From contig JAWBYA010000008.1 of NCBI GenBank assembly GCA_038867615.1, positions 1-50,912 of the forward strand: DNA of 50,912 nucleotides, given 5' to 3'. The stretch comes from Sulfolobales archaeon (GTDB lineage Archaea; Thermoproteota; Thermoprotei_A; Sulfolobales; AG1). This document shows positions 1-9,105 of this stretch, in pieces. Made by a program: the position numbers and the translations under genes. Within the stretch, counting starts at the first letter, position 1. Each line of letters opens with the position of its first letter. A model generated the notes under the pieces. It worked only from the letters and a program-made list of their open reading frames with translations, did not search any database and was not told where the DNA came from.

Positions 1-202
1 GGATCTCTTTTTTGTGTCTTTTTATGATCCACGGTAGCGATATTAGGGCTTCGAATATGAGTGTTTGTGGGATTGTTTCTTCTTTCTGTGGTATGTTATA
101 TATCCTCTTAACTGTTTCTATGGTTATCTGATCTAGTCGTTCTATTTCTTCTAGCATTTCTAGTTTTTCTAGCATTTCCTGCTCGTCTATCTGCTCTTCC
201 AC
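1..202 (-). CDS. Hypothetical protein, 5' part only (runs off window)
   Basis: Open minus frame from GTG 202 (or GTG 214): VEEQIDEQEMLEKLEMLEEIERLDQITIETVKRIYNIPQKEETIPQTLIFEALISLPWIIKRHKKEI; GGGGTG SD and TTTTATAG TATA-like box upstream. Confidence 0.6.
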   Translation of the reverse strand, partial: MEEQIDEQEMLEKLEMLEEIERLDQITIETVKRIYNIPQKEETIPQTLIFEALISLPWIIKRHKKEI

Positions 203-206
203 CTTA

Positions 207-520
207 TAGCCCACCCCCTATCTCTATCCTATAAAAAACACGCCCCACATACAGAATAGCCCACCCCCCAGAACCCCTCCCTCGCCCTCGCTCTCGCTCG
301 CCGTGCCACGAGGCGGGGCGGGGGGTTTGGCGGGGTTGATCAAACCAGATCAATGGATCTTTTGAAAAGCGTTCCATGACACGACCAGCATATGATCAAT
401 AACAGATCATAAGAAAAACAATAAAGCAGCATGGAGAAACAAAAACAGCATAAACAAACATAGGGAGACATATGGAGAAAAGGAGAAACAACAAATAAAC
501 ACAAACCCCACCCCCAGAAT
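207..520. repeat. GC-rich hairpin plus direct repeats between divergent genes; candidate replication origin of the element
   Basis: Imperfect stem 264-335 (CCAGAACCCC/GGGGTTTGG, CCTCG/CGAGG); TAGCCCACCCCC at 207 and 257, CCCCACCCCCAGAA at 506; TGATCAA-N2-3-CAGATCA at 337 and 393; ATGGAGAAA at 431 and 472. Confidence 0.55.
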
Positions 521-640
521 GGATAGAACACCTGCACGGGGTAACAACAGAGTATTATTGATCCAAAGCTGTATCTAACCCAACTTTTAGGGAATCTCTA
601 TCTATATACCAACCACGCAATATGACTGTGGTAGGTAGAA

Positions 641-1654
641 ATGCTAACCACCACACACGCCAAAGTAATAGAATATGCTGAGAACCTGATCAACGAGGCT
701 GCAGAGGCAGCATATAGAGGTAAATGCCTTGAGAAAGCCGTCAGCCTTGCCGATAAACAGAGGGTTTTTGTTGAGGACGCTCCAGAGGATCTGTTCCTCT
801 TAAGATCGCCAGCGATCTATAGAGAGACAAGGAGGTGCATAGACTCGGAGACCCTCACACCCATGAGGGCATCAAACATAGTAGCCCACATCATAGTCGA
901 GGAGGCTGTGAAGCTGGCAAGCAATAACGAGAACGCAGTACCAGCGCTAGCAGACACAACATATAGATGGAGCGGAGACCCATACGAGCTACCAGCAAAC
1001 ATAGGCGGGATTGTATATGCATCTAAAGTATATAATGCACCTTCAAGATCCATCGTTGAATGCCCTAAATGTGGCAATACCTTCGAGGAGATCACATATA
1101 TCCCATCCCCATATCTATCGGCGCTGCCTAACCCACCGCCTCTGAGCATAATTAGATGCCCTAAGTGCGGGTTCATGGGATTCCCAGACTTCCTATCGCC
1201 GATCCCAAGAGATCTATCCCTGGAGATTGTGAAGAGTGAGGAGCTGTTCACAATAAAGGATGAGGAGTCGCTCATAACTGTTGTTGAGCTGATTGTTGTG
1301 CCCTACGATGCGAAGGAAGATCCTAGCAGGTGGGTGAGAGTCGTTATCGAGGGAGAGCTTGTAAGACATGTTATGAGCCCTGGCACGTGGGACGAGATCT
1401 ATGTCGAGGGCTACCCACTACACCTATGGTGGGCATGGGATCCCCACACCGCATGGATAACCGAGGAACTAAGGCTGGCAAGCCTCATACATAGATCCAT
1501 ATCCCTATCTATACCATCGCTAGCCGCAACCACAGTATTTTACATGGAGAAAGGATCTAGAAAAAATGATACATACTCCGAGGTGAAGAACATGTTCTAT
1601 GAAGAAATAAGGATGGCTATAAGGAGAAAGATTGAAAAGCATATCTGGGTATAA
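641..1654 (+). CDS. MCM helicase N-terminal-domain-like protein (C4 zinc finger + OB fold), no AAA+ domain
   Basis: GIVYASKV...CPKCG-x-CPKCG...PSRWVRVVIEGELVRHVMSPG..IYVEG resembles MCM GIVxxxSxV...C4...PRxxxVxLxDDLVDxxxPGDxVxVTG; no Walker motifs; stops at 337 aa. Confidence 0.7.
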   Translation: MLTTTHAKVIEYAENLINEAAEAAYRGKCLEKAVSLADKQRVFVEDAPEDLFLLRSPAIYRETRRCIDSETLTPMRASNIVAHIIVEEAVKLASNNENAVPALADTTYRWSGDPYELPANIGGIVYASKVYNAPSRSIVECPKCGNTFEEITYIPSPYLSALPNPPPLSIIRCPKCGFMGFPDFLSPIPRDLSLEIVKSEELFTIKDEESLITVVELIVVPYDAKEDPSRWVRVVIEGELVRHVMSPGTWDEIYVEGYPLHLWWAWDPHTAWITEELRLASLIHRSISLSIPSLAATTVFYMEKGSRKNDTYSEVKNMFYEEIRMAIRRKIEKHIWV

Positions 1655-2557
1655 TCAGGTGATACGCCTTGATGACAGATCATTAAGTACATCGATCTCA
1701 TCACGATCATTAGTGAAAGAAATCTTCAGAGCCTCCATCACTAGATTGAAATCAACACCAGAATATTCAGATGATATTAGTGCTATCTTCTTCAACAGAT
1801 CATCGTTTAGCTCAACCCCAACCTCTCTAAGTATTCTTTTAATGCACGATCGACCTCTCACACATATATTAGTGATCCTTCGATCCTTGCCAGATCTTGA
1901 CAACCCCTCAAGCTCAGATAATATATATCGAATAGATATAATCTCGTTCCCAGACCTGCTTATAGTGAATACTGGGAAGAGACCCTTAACACAGCTATAC
2001 ATGATAATTCTTCTCACAATCGTTTTAAAATATACAGTCTTCCCTATGCTACCACGTTTAACTTTGACCATATCAAGCATAGATCGCTTGATATCTTCAA
2101 CAGTCAGAAGCTCTCTTAGATCAGGTATTTTATATTTTTCCTTGACCTGATTATAGATATTTATCAATTTCATCATTTTTAACATCATCCTTGACCCTGC
2201 TTTCCCTAATGTTTCGCCTATATTTTTTTCCCTTAGAGATCTCTCATATTCCTCAACCCTTTGAACTGCTTTCTTTATTATTTGTGAGTAACTGCTTCTT
2301 CTTCCCTTCCATTCCCATCCCTGTGGTGTTTCAGCAGCCTTTTCACGCTTGATCGCTTCAATTTCAAAGTCAAATTCCATGTTCTCGCCTGAGGTGTCGC
2401 ACCCAGGTTCGCAGATTTCCCTCAGAAGCTTATCTAGTCTATCTTTCTTCTCTTCTACTTTTTCCTCAGTAGTTATGGCTTTCACCGTGCTAATATTAAT
2501 ATATATGACTATATGAGATGAAAGCGATGGGATCGTGGGTGTATGAAACATGCCCAT
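1655..2557 (-). CDS. Hypothetical protein of integrated element (true start possibly near 2485/2476)
   Basis: 300-codon ORF, K/E/I-rich, abuts the MCM-N gene stop tail-to-tail; no family recognised. Confidence 0.65.
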   Translation of the reverse strand: MGMFHTPTIPSLSSHIVIYINISTVKAITTEEKVEEKKDRLDKLLREICEPGCDTSGENMEFDFEIEAIKREKAAETPQGWEWKGRRSSYSQIIKKAVQRVEEYERSLREKNIGETLGKAGSRMMLKMMKLINIYNQVKEKYKIPDLRELLTVEDIKRSMLDMVKVKRGSIGKTVYFKTIVRRIIMYSCVKGLFPVFTISRSGNEIISIRYILSELEGLSRSGKDRRITNICVRGRSCIKRILREVGVELNDDLLKKIALISSEYSGVDFNLVMEALKISFTNDRDEIDVLNDLSSRRIT

Positions 2558-2637
2558 GTAATACTTTATTATATATTTTATTTAAATCCTTCTTGCTGTG
2601 TTTCTCTTGAGCTGTTCTTGCTGTTATCTTTTTTATG

Positions 2638-3903
2638 TTAATTCTCAAGTTTTTTCAGCTCTTCCAAGTATTTCGGGTAGTGCTGGTCTGCTTCGCTGAG
2701 TAGATCCTCGTATCTTGCTTCTGAGACTCTCAGCTCTCCGAATCTGCTCTGTATGAATCTGGCTATTTTCTCGGGCATTGCCTTGATCATTGTTCTCCAC
2801 GCTATCTTCCTCATTGTTTTTGGCGGTAGTAGCCCGTGCTCCCTAGCATATTTCTGGATCACCTGCCTCCTCATCCTAGCCCCCGCTATCTCCCTTATCA
2901 TATCTATGGTTTCTTTGGATAGGTATGCCCATTCACATGGCTTCATGGTCTCTCTAATGCCAACATAGTATCTGCAGAAGCCCTCTTCATCGAAGCATAC
3001 AAGCCTCTTAGTAACTATCGCTGTGCCTGGTATCTCTATAACCTCTTCTGGGCTGAAGTTCTCGATCATGTGGAGTATGTGGCTAAGCCTTAGTCCCCCC
3101 TCAAGCATAGCCCTATACACTATGTAGTACCTCATATGATTCTTTCTCAGAAAATCCATAGTCTTTATCAGATCCTCGATGTTGATTGGGTATGGTCTAA
3201 CATCCATTTTATAGCTCCTGCTGGGCACAACCTCCATGACCCAGCCATATGTCTCTGGAGAGATCTTCCTAGTATAGTAGAGGTATTGGACGTAGTGTCT
3301 AAAAACGTTTCTAAGCCATTTAACTGGGTGGTTGATCACATAGTCTATTAGATCCTGGCTAAGTGTCCTGCCCTCTAGATGTTTCTTGAATAGGTTTCTA
3401 TAGTATTTCATTGTGCCCTCACTCCTGATCTTCATCCTCTTCTTCCTCTCCCTGAGGAACTCCTCAAAACCCTGATCCCATGTTAGCTTGATGGTTGTTG
3501 GCACTAGCCCGAGCATCCTCCTGAGATCCTCCCTGAAATGCTCTACTGTGAACCTCAGGATAGCCTGCTTTAGATACTCATCCCCCGATGCTAGGGCTAT
3601 CAACTGTAGTGCTAATCCATAGTCTATGGATCCGTCTTTCCTCACTATGCCAACAGCCCTCAGCCTCTCCTCCCCCTGCACAACCTGTCCAAACTCCTCC
3701 TCCCCAAGGTGTTGGAGGGCTCTTCTAACCACCTCGTCAGGGATCTTCCTCTCCCCCCTCAGATACCTTGATAGGGATGAGTCCGAGATCCCAAGAGCCC
3801 TGTAGGCACCCACATACCCAAGCCTCTCCCTCAGCCTCTGGAGGATCAAAATCCTTGTCCTATCACCAAGGGATTTGATATCTATATTATCGAGCCACAT
3901 CAT
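2638..3903 (-). CDS. int: Tyrosine recombinase/integrase with N-terminal XRE-type HTH (archaeal SSV1-like catalytic domain)
   Basis: HTH ALGISDSSLSRYLRGERKIP; catalytic GLRLSH, KTMRK, FIQSR...EARY; TATAAATA box at ~3923-3930 supports a leaderless ATG start at 3903/3900 rather than TTG 4005. Confidence 0.88.
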   Translation of the reverse strand: MMWLDNIDIKSLGDRTRILILQRLRERLGYVGAYRALGISDSSLSRYLRGERKIPDEVVRRALQHLGEEEFGQVVQGEERLRAVGIVRKDGSIDYGLALQLIALASGDEYLKQAILRFTVEHFREDLRRMLGLVPTTIKLTWDQGFEEFLRERKKRMKIRSEGTMKYYRNLFKKHLEGRTLSQDLIDYVINHPVKWLRNVFRHYVQYLYYTRKISPETYGWVMEVVPSRSYKMDVRPYPINIEDLIKTMDFLRKNHMRYYIVYRAMLEGGLRLSHILHMIENFSPEEVIEIPGTAIVTKRLVCFDEEGFCRYYVGIRETMKPCEWAYLSKETIDMIREIAGARMRRQVIQKYAREHGLLPPKTMRKIAWRTMIKAMPEKIARFIQSRFGELRVSEARYEDLLSEADQHYPKYLEELKKLEN

Positions 3904-3949
3904 GGGGATATCCTCATAGGGGTATTTATACACATATTCACACAGAAAA

Positions 3950-4069
3950 TCCTTCCGATCTGCACGAGAGATCGGAAGGACACGAGAAACAACAGATCGA
4001 TCCAAACGGATCGGAAATAGATCCCGAGGATCGCTTATTTATAAATGAGGATCATTAGGAGTAAAGATC
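3950..4069. promoter_or_regulatory. Inverted-repeat / GATC cluster between tRNA-Gly and the int promoter (candidate integrase arm or operator sites)
   Basis: Perfect IR TCCTTCCGATCT-N7-AGATCGGAAGGA (3950-3980), CGATCC-N4-GGATCG (3998-4013), GATCC-N3-GGATC (4020-4032); three GATCGGAA copies; nine GATC in 113 nt. Confidence 0.6.
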
Positions 4070-4070
4070 T

Positions 4071-4149
4071 TGGTGCGGCGGCCGGGATTTGAACCCGGGA
4101 TTTCCGGCTCGGAAGGCCGGCGTCCTAGACCAGGCTAGACGACCGCCGC
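4071..4149 (-). tRNA. tRNA-Gly(UCC), CCA encoded
   Basis: GCGGCGG...CCGGC-CTTCCGA-GCCGG...GGTTCAAATCC...CCGCCGCACCA cloverleaf. Confidence 0.97.
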
Positions 4150-4173
4150 CAATAATAGATAGTATTTGATCGG

Positions 4174-4181
4174 CTTATAAG
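4174..4181. promoter_or_regulatory. Palindromic TATA box CTTATAAG (tRNA-Gly promoter, possibly bidirectional)
   Basis: 25 nt upstream of tRNA 5' end; self-complementary. Confidence 0.6.
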
Positions 4182-4200
4182 TTATCGAGGAGAATCTATC

Positions 4201-4256
4201 ATAGATGATTTGAGTCATGCCCCCTGAGGTGTGATGAGGATTGGGGTAGATGATCC
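4201..4256 (+). ncRNA. Candidate C/D box guide sRNA
   Basis: AGATGA - 15 nt - CTGA(4224) - GTGATGA(4231) - 12 nt - ATGA(4250), intergenic, ~20 nt from TATA; outer boxes degenerate, no target identified. Confidence 0.35.
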
Positions 4257-4322
4257 TTATGGGCGGTGTGTTCGGTATGCTTCTGTTATTAATCTCTATG
4301 TTTATCTACCACAGGGGTAGTT

Positions 4323-5906
4323 TTGACTAGATACGATCTGATTATTAGGGGCGGTGTAATTATAGATGGAACAGGCTCTCCTCCATTTAGAGGCGATGTG
4401 GGGGTTATTGGTGATACGATAAGCACTATTGGCGATCTCTCTGATGCTCAGGCTGAGAGGTATATAGATGCCCGGGGATTATATGTTGCACCTGGGTTTA
4501 TAGATATACATAACCACAGCGATCTATCGATCCTCGAGATACCAACGGCTGATAACTATATACTCCAGGGTGTCACCACGATCGTTACAGGTAACTGTGG
4601 CTCCTCACCAGCACCGATAACAGATGTTAATAAGGATTATAGGGATTTTGCTAGGAAGCAATGGCCCGGGATCGATGTCCAGTGGAGCAGTTTTGGGGAA
4701 TATCTAGGGGCTCTTGAGAAGGCTAGACCCTCTATAAATATAGCTCCCCTTGTAGGGCATGGGATGATCAGATCGTCGGTAATTGGTTATATCGATAAGA
4801 GGGCTTCTGAGAAGGAGCTTGAGGAGATGAAGAGACACGTGGAGGAGGCTATGAAATCAGGAGCCTTTGGGATGAGTAGTGGTCTTATATATATACCAAG
4901 CATGTTTGCAGACACGAGAGAGCTTATAGAGCTTAGCAAGGTTGTAGCTAGATATGGGGGTATATATTCCACACACATGAGGAACGAGGGTGTCGGGCTC
5001 ATAGACTCAGTGATCGAGGCGATAACGATCGGCCTCGAATCCGGAGCCCCCGTAGAGATCTCCCATATAAAGGCTAGCGGGAGACCCAGCTGGGGTAAGG
5101 TCTCGGTAGCACTAGACCTGATATCGGAATACGCATCCAGGGGGTATGATGTATCGGCAGACGCATACCCCTACGAGGCATCATCAACAACACTCACAGC
5201 CCTACTCCCAAAAGATATTAGGGAAGGGTCCAGGGATGAGGTTATGAAGAAGCTCTCAGACCCAGCAGTTATAGAGAGGCTTAGGCAGGGCTTAGGCGGG
5301 GTGGTGCTTGAGGATAGGTATATCTCTTGGCACGATATAATGATCTCATACTCGCCAAGCCATAAGGAGCTTGAGGGTATGAGGGTCGATAAGATTGCTG
5401 AGAAAATGGGTCTCGACCCTATTGAGGCTGTGGTTAGAATGCTTTTAGACGATGGGCTGGCCACAAGAATGATAATTTTTGGTATGAGGGGAGAGGATGT
5501 TGAGACAGCTATAAAGCACCCTCTAGTCGCTATAGGAAGCGATGGTTCTGTAACAAGACCCGGGGTTGGGAAGCCCCATCCAAGAAGCTATGGGACATTC
5601 CCGAAAGTGATAGCTAGATATGTTAGGGAGAGCAAGATCCTCTCACTACAAGAAGCGATAAGAAAGATGACATCACTACCAGCCAGGAAGCTAAGGCTAT
5701 GGGATAGAGGTATTATTAGGCCTGGCTTCAAAGCAGATCTAGTGGTGTTCAACTACTACACCATAGAGGATACAGCAACTTATGAGAATCCACATTCATA
5801 TCCAAAGGGTATAGAGTATGTGGTTGTGAACGGAGAAATAGCTGTTGAGAGGGGCAGGCTTCTTAGTAGTGTGAGGGCTGGAAGGGTTCTTAGAAGAGCA
5901 TGGTAA
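4323..5906 (+). CDS. N-acyl-D-amino-acid deacylase (D-aminoacylase, amidohydrolase family)
   Basis: IRGGVIIDGTG, PGFIDIHNHSD, GNCG, HMRNE, GSDG, HPRSYGTFP. Confidence 0.9.
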   Translation: MTRYDLIIRGGVIIDGTGSPPFRGDVGVIGDTISTIGDLSDAQAERYIDARGLYVAPGFIDIHNHSDLSILEIPTADNYILQGVTTIVTGNCGSSPAPITDVNKDYRDFARKQWPGIDVQWSSFGEYLGALEKARPSINIAPLVGHGMIRSSVIGYIDKRASEKELEEMKRHVEEAMKSGAFGMSSGLIYIPSMFADTRELIELSKVVARYGGIYSTHMRNEGVGLIDSVIEAITIGLESGAPVEISHIKASGRPSWGKVSVALDLISEYASRGYDVSADAYPYEASSTTLTALLPKDIREGSRDEVMKKLSDPAVIERLRQGLGGVVLEDRYISWHDIMISYSPSHKELEGMRVDKIAEKMGLDPIEAVVRMLLDDGLATRMIIFGMRGEDVETAIKHPLVAIGSDGSVTRPGVGKPHPRSYGTFPKVIARYVRESKILSLQEAIRKMTSLPARKLRLWDRGIIRPGFKADLVVFNYYTIEDTATYENPHSYPKGIEYVVVNGEIAVERGRLLSSVRAGRVLRRAW

Positions 5907-5987
5907 ATCGTTATCAATCTATCAACAGCTTTTTAACTATCAAGAACATGGATCTTGAAGCCACGGGTATATGGAGTTTTAAGCATG

Positions 5988-6611
5988 TTATAGGGTTGTG
6001 AATACACCTCTATTTATTGAGAAGCGCCTCCCAAGCCTCTCCTCATAAGCATTAATAGCCTCTCTGTAGTTCTGTAACGTTACACCGATCTCGTCGAGAC
6101 CTAGTACCAGCATTTTCCTAACGCTCTCATCTATTTCGAACGGCACTACTTTATCCTCGTATTCAACCACTTTTTTCTCGAGATCTATTCTGAGGATTAG
6201 ATCTCCTCGTGAGGCTCTTTCTAGAAGCTCTTTCACGATATTCTCGCTGAGCTTTATACATGCAAGCCCGTTTCTGGCAGCGTTCTCGTAGAATATATCT
6301 CCGAAGGATGTTGAGATCACAGCCCTTATACCGAAGTCAACCAAAGCCCACACGGCATGCTCCCTCGAAGAGCCTATCCCGAAGTTCCTTCCCGTGATCA
6401 GTATTGGAGCTCCTCTAAAGCGATCATCATCTAGCACGAAACCCTCTTTAGGTCTCCCCTCATCGTCGTATCTCCATCTATAGAAGAGATATCTTCCAAG
6501 CCCCTCCCTCTTGCTTATCTTGAGGAACTGGGCTGGGATTATCTGGTCCGTATCTATGTTATCGATTGGTAGGGGTGCAGCCTTACCCTCTATTATTTTA
6601 AGCCCTGGCAT
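5988..6611 (-). CDS. leuD: 3-isopropylmalate dehydratase small subunit
   Basis: NIDTDQIIP, NFGIGSSREHA, SFGDIFYEN; operon with leuABC. Confidence 0.95.
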   Translation of the reverse strand: MPGLKIIEGKAAPLPIDNIDTDQIIPAQFLKISKREGLGRYLFYRWRYDDEGRPKEGFVLDDDRFRGAPILITGRNFGIGSSREHAVWALVDFGIRAVISTSFGDIFYENAARNGLACIKLSENIVKELLERASRGDLILRIDLEKKVVEYEDKVVPFEIDESVRKMLVLGLDEIGVTLQNYREAINAYEERLGRRFSINRGVFTTL

Positions 6612-6615
6612 AGGA

Positions 6616-8082
6616 TCACCTCAGCATCCATGAATATCCAAGCCTCTCAAGAAGATCTATATCGACGATATCCTCAACAGGAGAGATCTCGAGATCTCTA
6701 ACATCGACGAAATGACCCTCTATCGCTGCTGCAGCAGCCATCATCGGGCTTACTAGGTGGGTTCTGCCACCAGGGCCTTGTCTATTCTCGAAATTCCTGT
6801 TAGATGTGCTTGCACACCTCTCGCCAGGCGATAGTTTATCTTCATTCATACCTATGCACAGGCTACACCCGGAGTTCCTCCACTCAAAGCCAGCATCTAT
6901 GAAGATCCTGTGGAGCCCCAGCCTCTCAGCATTCCTCTTAACAAGCTGGGAGCCGGGTACAACCATAGCCCTCACACCACTCTTAACCTTCTTACCCTTA
7001 ACAACCCTTGCAGCCTGTATTAGATCATATAGTCTAGCATTTGTACAAGATCCTATGAAAACCCTATCGATCGTTATATCCACTATCCTCATACCAGGTT
7101 TAAGCCCCATGTATTTCAAAGCCCTCTCAACAGAAGCCCTCACAGTCTTATCCTCGTACTCGCTGGGATCTGGTACTGTACCATTAACACTGGAGACCAT
7201 AGCAGGTGTAGTTCCCCAGGTAACCTGGGGCTCTATTGACGAGACATTGATCTCAATAACCCTATCAAACCTGGCTCCTGGGTCTGTTGCTAGGGATCTC
7301 CAGAACTTGGTAGCCTCATTCCAATCACTATCCTTTGGTGCGAAGGGTCTATTCTTAAGATAATCTATGGTCTTATCGTCAGGCGATATTATAGCGGTTC
7401 TGGCACCAGCCTCTATAGCCATGTTGGTTAGAGTCATCCTCTCCTCGACATTTATATAGCCTATGTACTCGCCAGTATACTCGATCGCATGGCCTATAGC
7501 CCCTCCAGCCCCTATAGAGCCTATCATAGCGAGAACAACATCCTTTGACATAACACCAGGCTCTGTCCTCCCCACAAGCCTAACCTCCATTGTTTTCGGC
7601 TTTTTAAGCCAGAGGGTTTGGGTTGCCAGGATATGCTCAACCTCGCTAGTCCCCACACCGAATGCGAGAGCCCCGAGGGCTCCGTGGGTTGCTGTGTGGC
7701 TATCGCCGCAGGCTATAGTCATCCCGGGTAGTGTTAATCCGAGTTCAGGGCCTATTACATGGACTATCCCTTGGTATGGGCTGTAATAGTCGAGAAGCAT
7801 TATTCCATTCTCATAGGCGTTTCTCTTGAGGAGTTCCATCTGCTCTAGTGAGAGCTTGTCCATTATGGGGAGTGTTCTATCGCTGGTTGGGACGTTATGA
7901 TCCATGACAGCTACTGTGAGATCCGGTCTCCTAACTCTTCTCCCAGAGATTCTGAGCCTCTCAAAGGCTACTGGGGATGTTACTTCGTGTATATAGTGCC
8001 TATCTATATATACTAGGTATCTATCACCCTCGCTGGCTATTACATGGAGGTCCCAGATCTTCTCAAAAATTGTTCTCCCCAT
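6616..8082 (-). CDS. leuC: 3-isopropylmalate dehydratase large subunit (bacterial-type)
   Basis: [47 protein letters not shown]. Confidence 0.95.
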   Translation of the reverse strand: MGRTIFEKIWDLHVIASEGDRYLVYIDRHYIHEVTSPVAFERLRISGRRVRRPDLTVAVMDHNVPTSDRTLPIMDKLSLEQMELLKRNAYENGIMLLDYYSPYQGIVHVIGPELGLTLPGMTIACGDSHTATHGALGALAFGVGTSEVEHILATQTLWLKKPKTMEVRLVGRTEPGVMSKDVVLAMIGSIGAGGAIGHAIEYTGEYIGYINVEERMTLTNMAIEAGARTAIISPDDKTIDYLKNRPFAPKDSDWNEATKFWRSLATDPGARFDRVIEINVSSIEPQVTWGTTPAMVSSVNGTVPDPSEYEDKTVRASVERALKYMGLKPGMRIVDITIDRVFIGSCTNARLYDLIQAARVVKGKKVKSGVRAMVVPGSQLVKRNAERLGLHRIFIDAGFEWRNSGCSLCIGMNEDKLSPGERCASTSNRNFENRQGPGGRTHLVSPMMAAAAAIEGHFVDVRDLEISPVEDIVDIDLLERLGYSWMLR

Positions 8083-9105
8083 CTACACCGCCTCCTTAAT
8101 AATCTTAGCCACACATCCACTAGCATCGTGGGTTTTCATAGAACCACCTATATCTGGCGTTTTACATCCCCTAGCTATAGCCTCCTCAACAGCCCTCTCA
8201 ATGCTCTTGGAGGCGTTCAATAGTCTCTTATCATTCTTCTTGGCCCCGAGCCATTCAAACATCATCGAGATCGAGAGGATCATTGCATACGGGTTCGCAA
8301 TACCCTTCCCAGCTATATCTGGGGCAGCGCCATGGACAGGTTCGAAAAGCCCTATCTCATCACCTATGTTTCCAGACGGTGCTAGCCCAATACTTCCAGC
8401 AACTTGGGCGGCCTCGTCGCTCAATATATCTCCAAACATGTTTGTTGTGAGTATCACGTCAAAGGATTCTGGATTCCTTATAAGAGCCATGCTTGCGGCA
8501 TCGACCAGGATATCCCTCACAGTAACATTATATTTGGAGAGCTCCTCTCTAGCTACTCTGAGGAATAATCCACAGCTTTTTCTCAGCACGTTAGCTTTAT
8601 GGACTATAGTTACAATCCCTCTTCTCCTAGAGGCTATCTCCCCAGCAACTCTAGCGATCCTCCTGCTAGCCTTCTCGCTAATGATTCTGAGAGCGATAAC
8701 TGTGTCTCCAACCTCGAACTCGTACCCCTTATAGAGATCCTCGGTATTCTCTCTAACGATCACGAGATCCACAGGCTTCACACTTGGAACGCCTCTATAA
8801 CTCTTCACAGGCCTTATGTTTGCATAGAGATCAAACATCTGTCTCAGTCTAACAATAACATCCATAGCTGTATCACCAACAGGGCCTTTTATAGATGCAT
8901 CGGCGGTTTTCACACCCTCTATAGTTTCTCTTGGGAGGGCTTCTCCCCTTCTTTTTAGACACTCATCACCAGCGTCATAGAACCTTATATCGAATGATAC
9001 ACCATAGGTGTTCTCAACAGCATGTATGACTTCTAGAGAGGCTTCAGAGATCTCTGTACCTATGCCATCACCCTTGATCCACGCTATTCTATACGTCTTA
9101 ACCAC
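8083..9105 (-). CDS. leuB: 3-isopropylmalate dehydrogenase
   Basis: GDGIG, RENTEDLY, HKANV, NMFGDILSD, EPVHGAAPDIAGKGIANP. Confidence 0.93.
   Translation of the reverse strand: MVKTYRIAWIKGDGIGTEISEASLEVIHAVENTYGVSFDIRFYDAGDECLKRRGEALPRETIEGVKTADASIKGPVGDTAMDVIVRLRQMFDLYANIRPVKSYRGVPSVKPVDLVIVRENTEDLYKGYEFEVGDTVIALRIISEKASRRIARVAGEIASRRRGIVTIVHKANVLRKSCGLFLRVAREELSKYNVTVRDILVDAASMALIRNPESFDVILTTNMFGDILSDEAAQVAGSIGLAPSGNIGDEIGLFEPVHGAAPDIAGKGIANPYAMILSISMMFEWLGAKKNDKRLLNASKSIERAVEEAIARGCKTPDIGGSMKTHDASGCVAKIIKEAV

Larger units (their letters stand above)
1..4070. mobile_element. One end of an integrated element (provirus/integrative plasmid) inserted at the 3' end of tRNA-Gly; other end lies left of the window
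   Basis: Tyrosine integrase immediately downstream of tRNA-Gly CCA end, followed by orphan ORFs, an MCM-N-like gene and an origin-like region; the second att copy is not in the window. Confidence 0.8.

Noticed and set aside
340-537. 65-aa hydrophobic minus-strand ORF
   Set aside because: Arises from the T-rich complement of the A-skewed repeat tract; no SD or recognisable motif
1632-2150. 172-aa plus-strand ORF as a possible continuation of the MCM-like gene
   Set aside because: Ser/Ile-rich antisense shadow of 1655..2557 with no Walker motifs
3904-4070. Integrase as a split SSV-type C-terminal fragment, or starting at TTG 4005
   Set aside because: In-frame TAA before the tRNA; the extension is made of inverted repeats and contains the TATA box
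8083-8085. Genome-wide TAG reassignment as explanation for leuA
   Set aside because: leuB, oppA, oppB, rps6e and aIF-1A end in TAG at expected lengths; leuB TAG directly precedes leuC ATG
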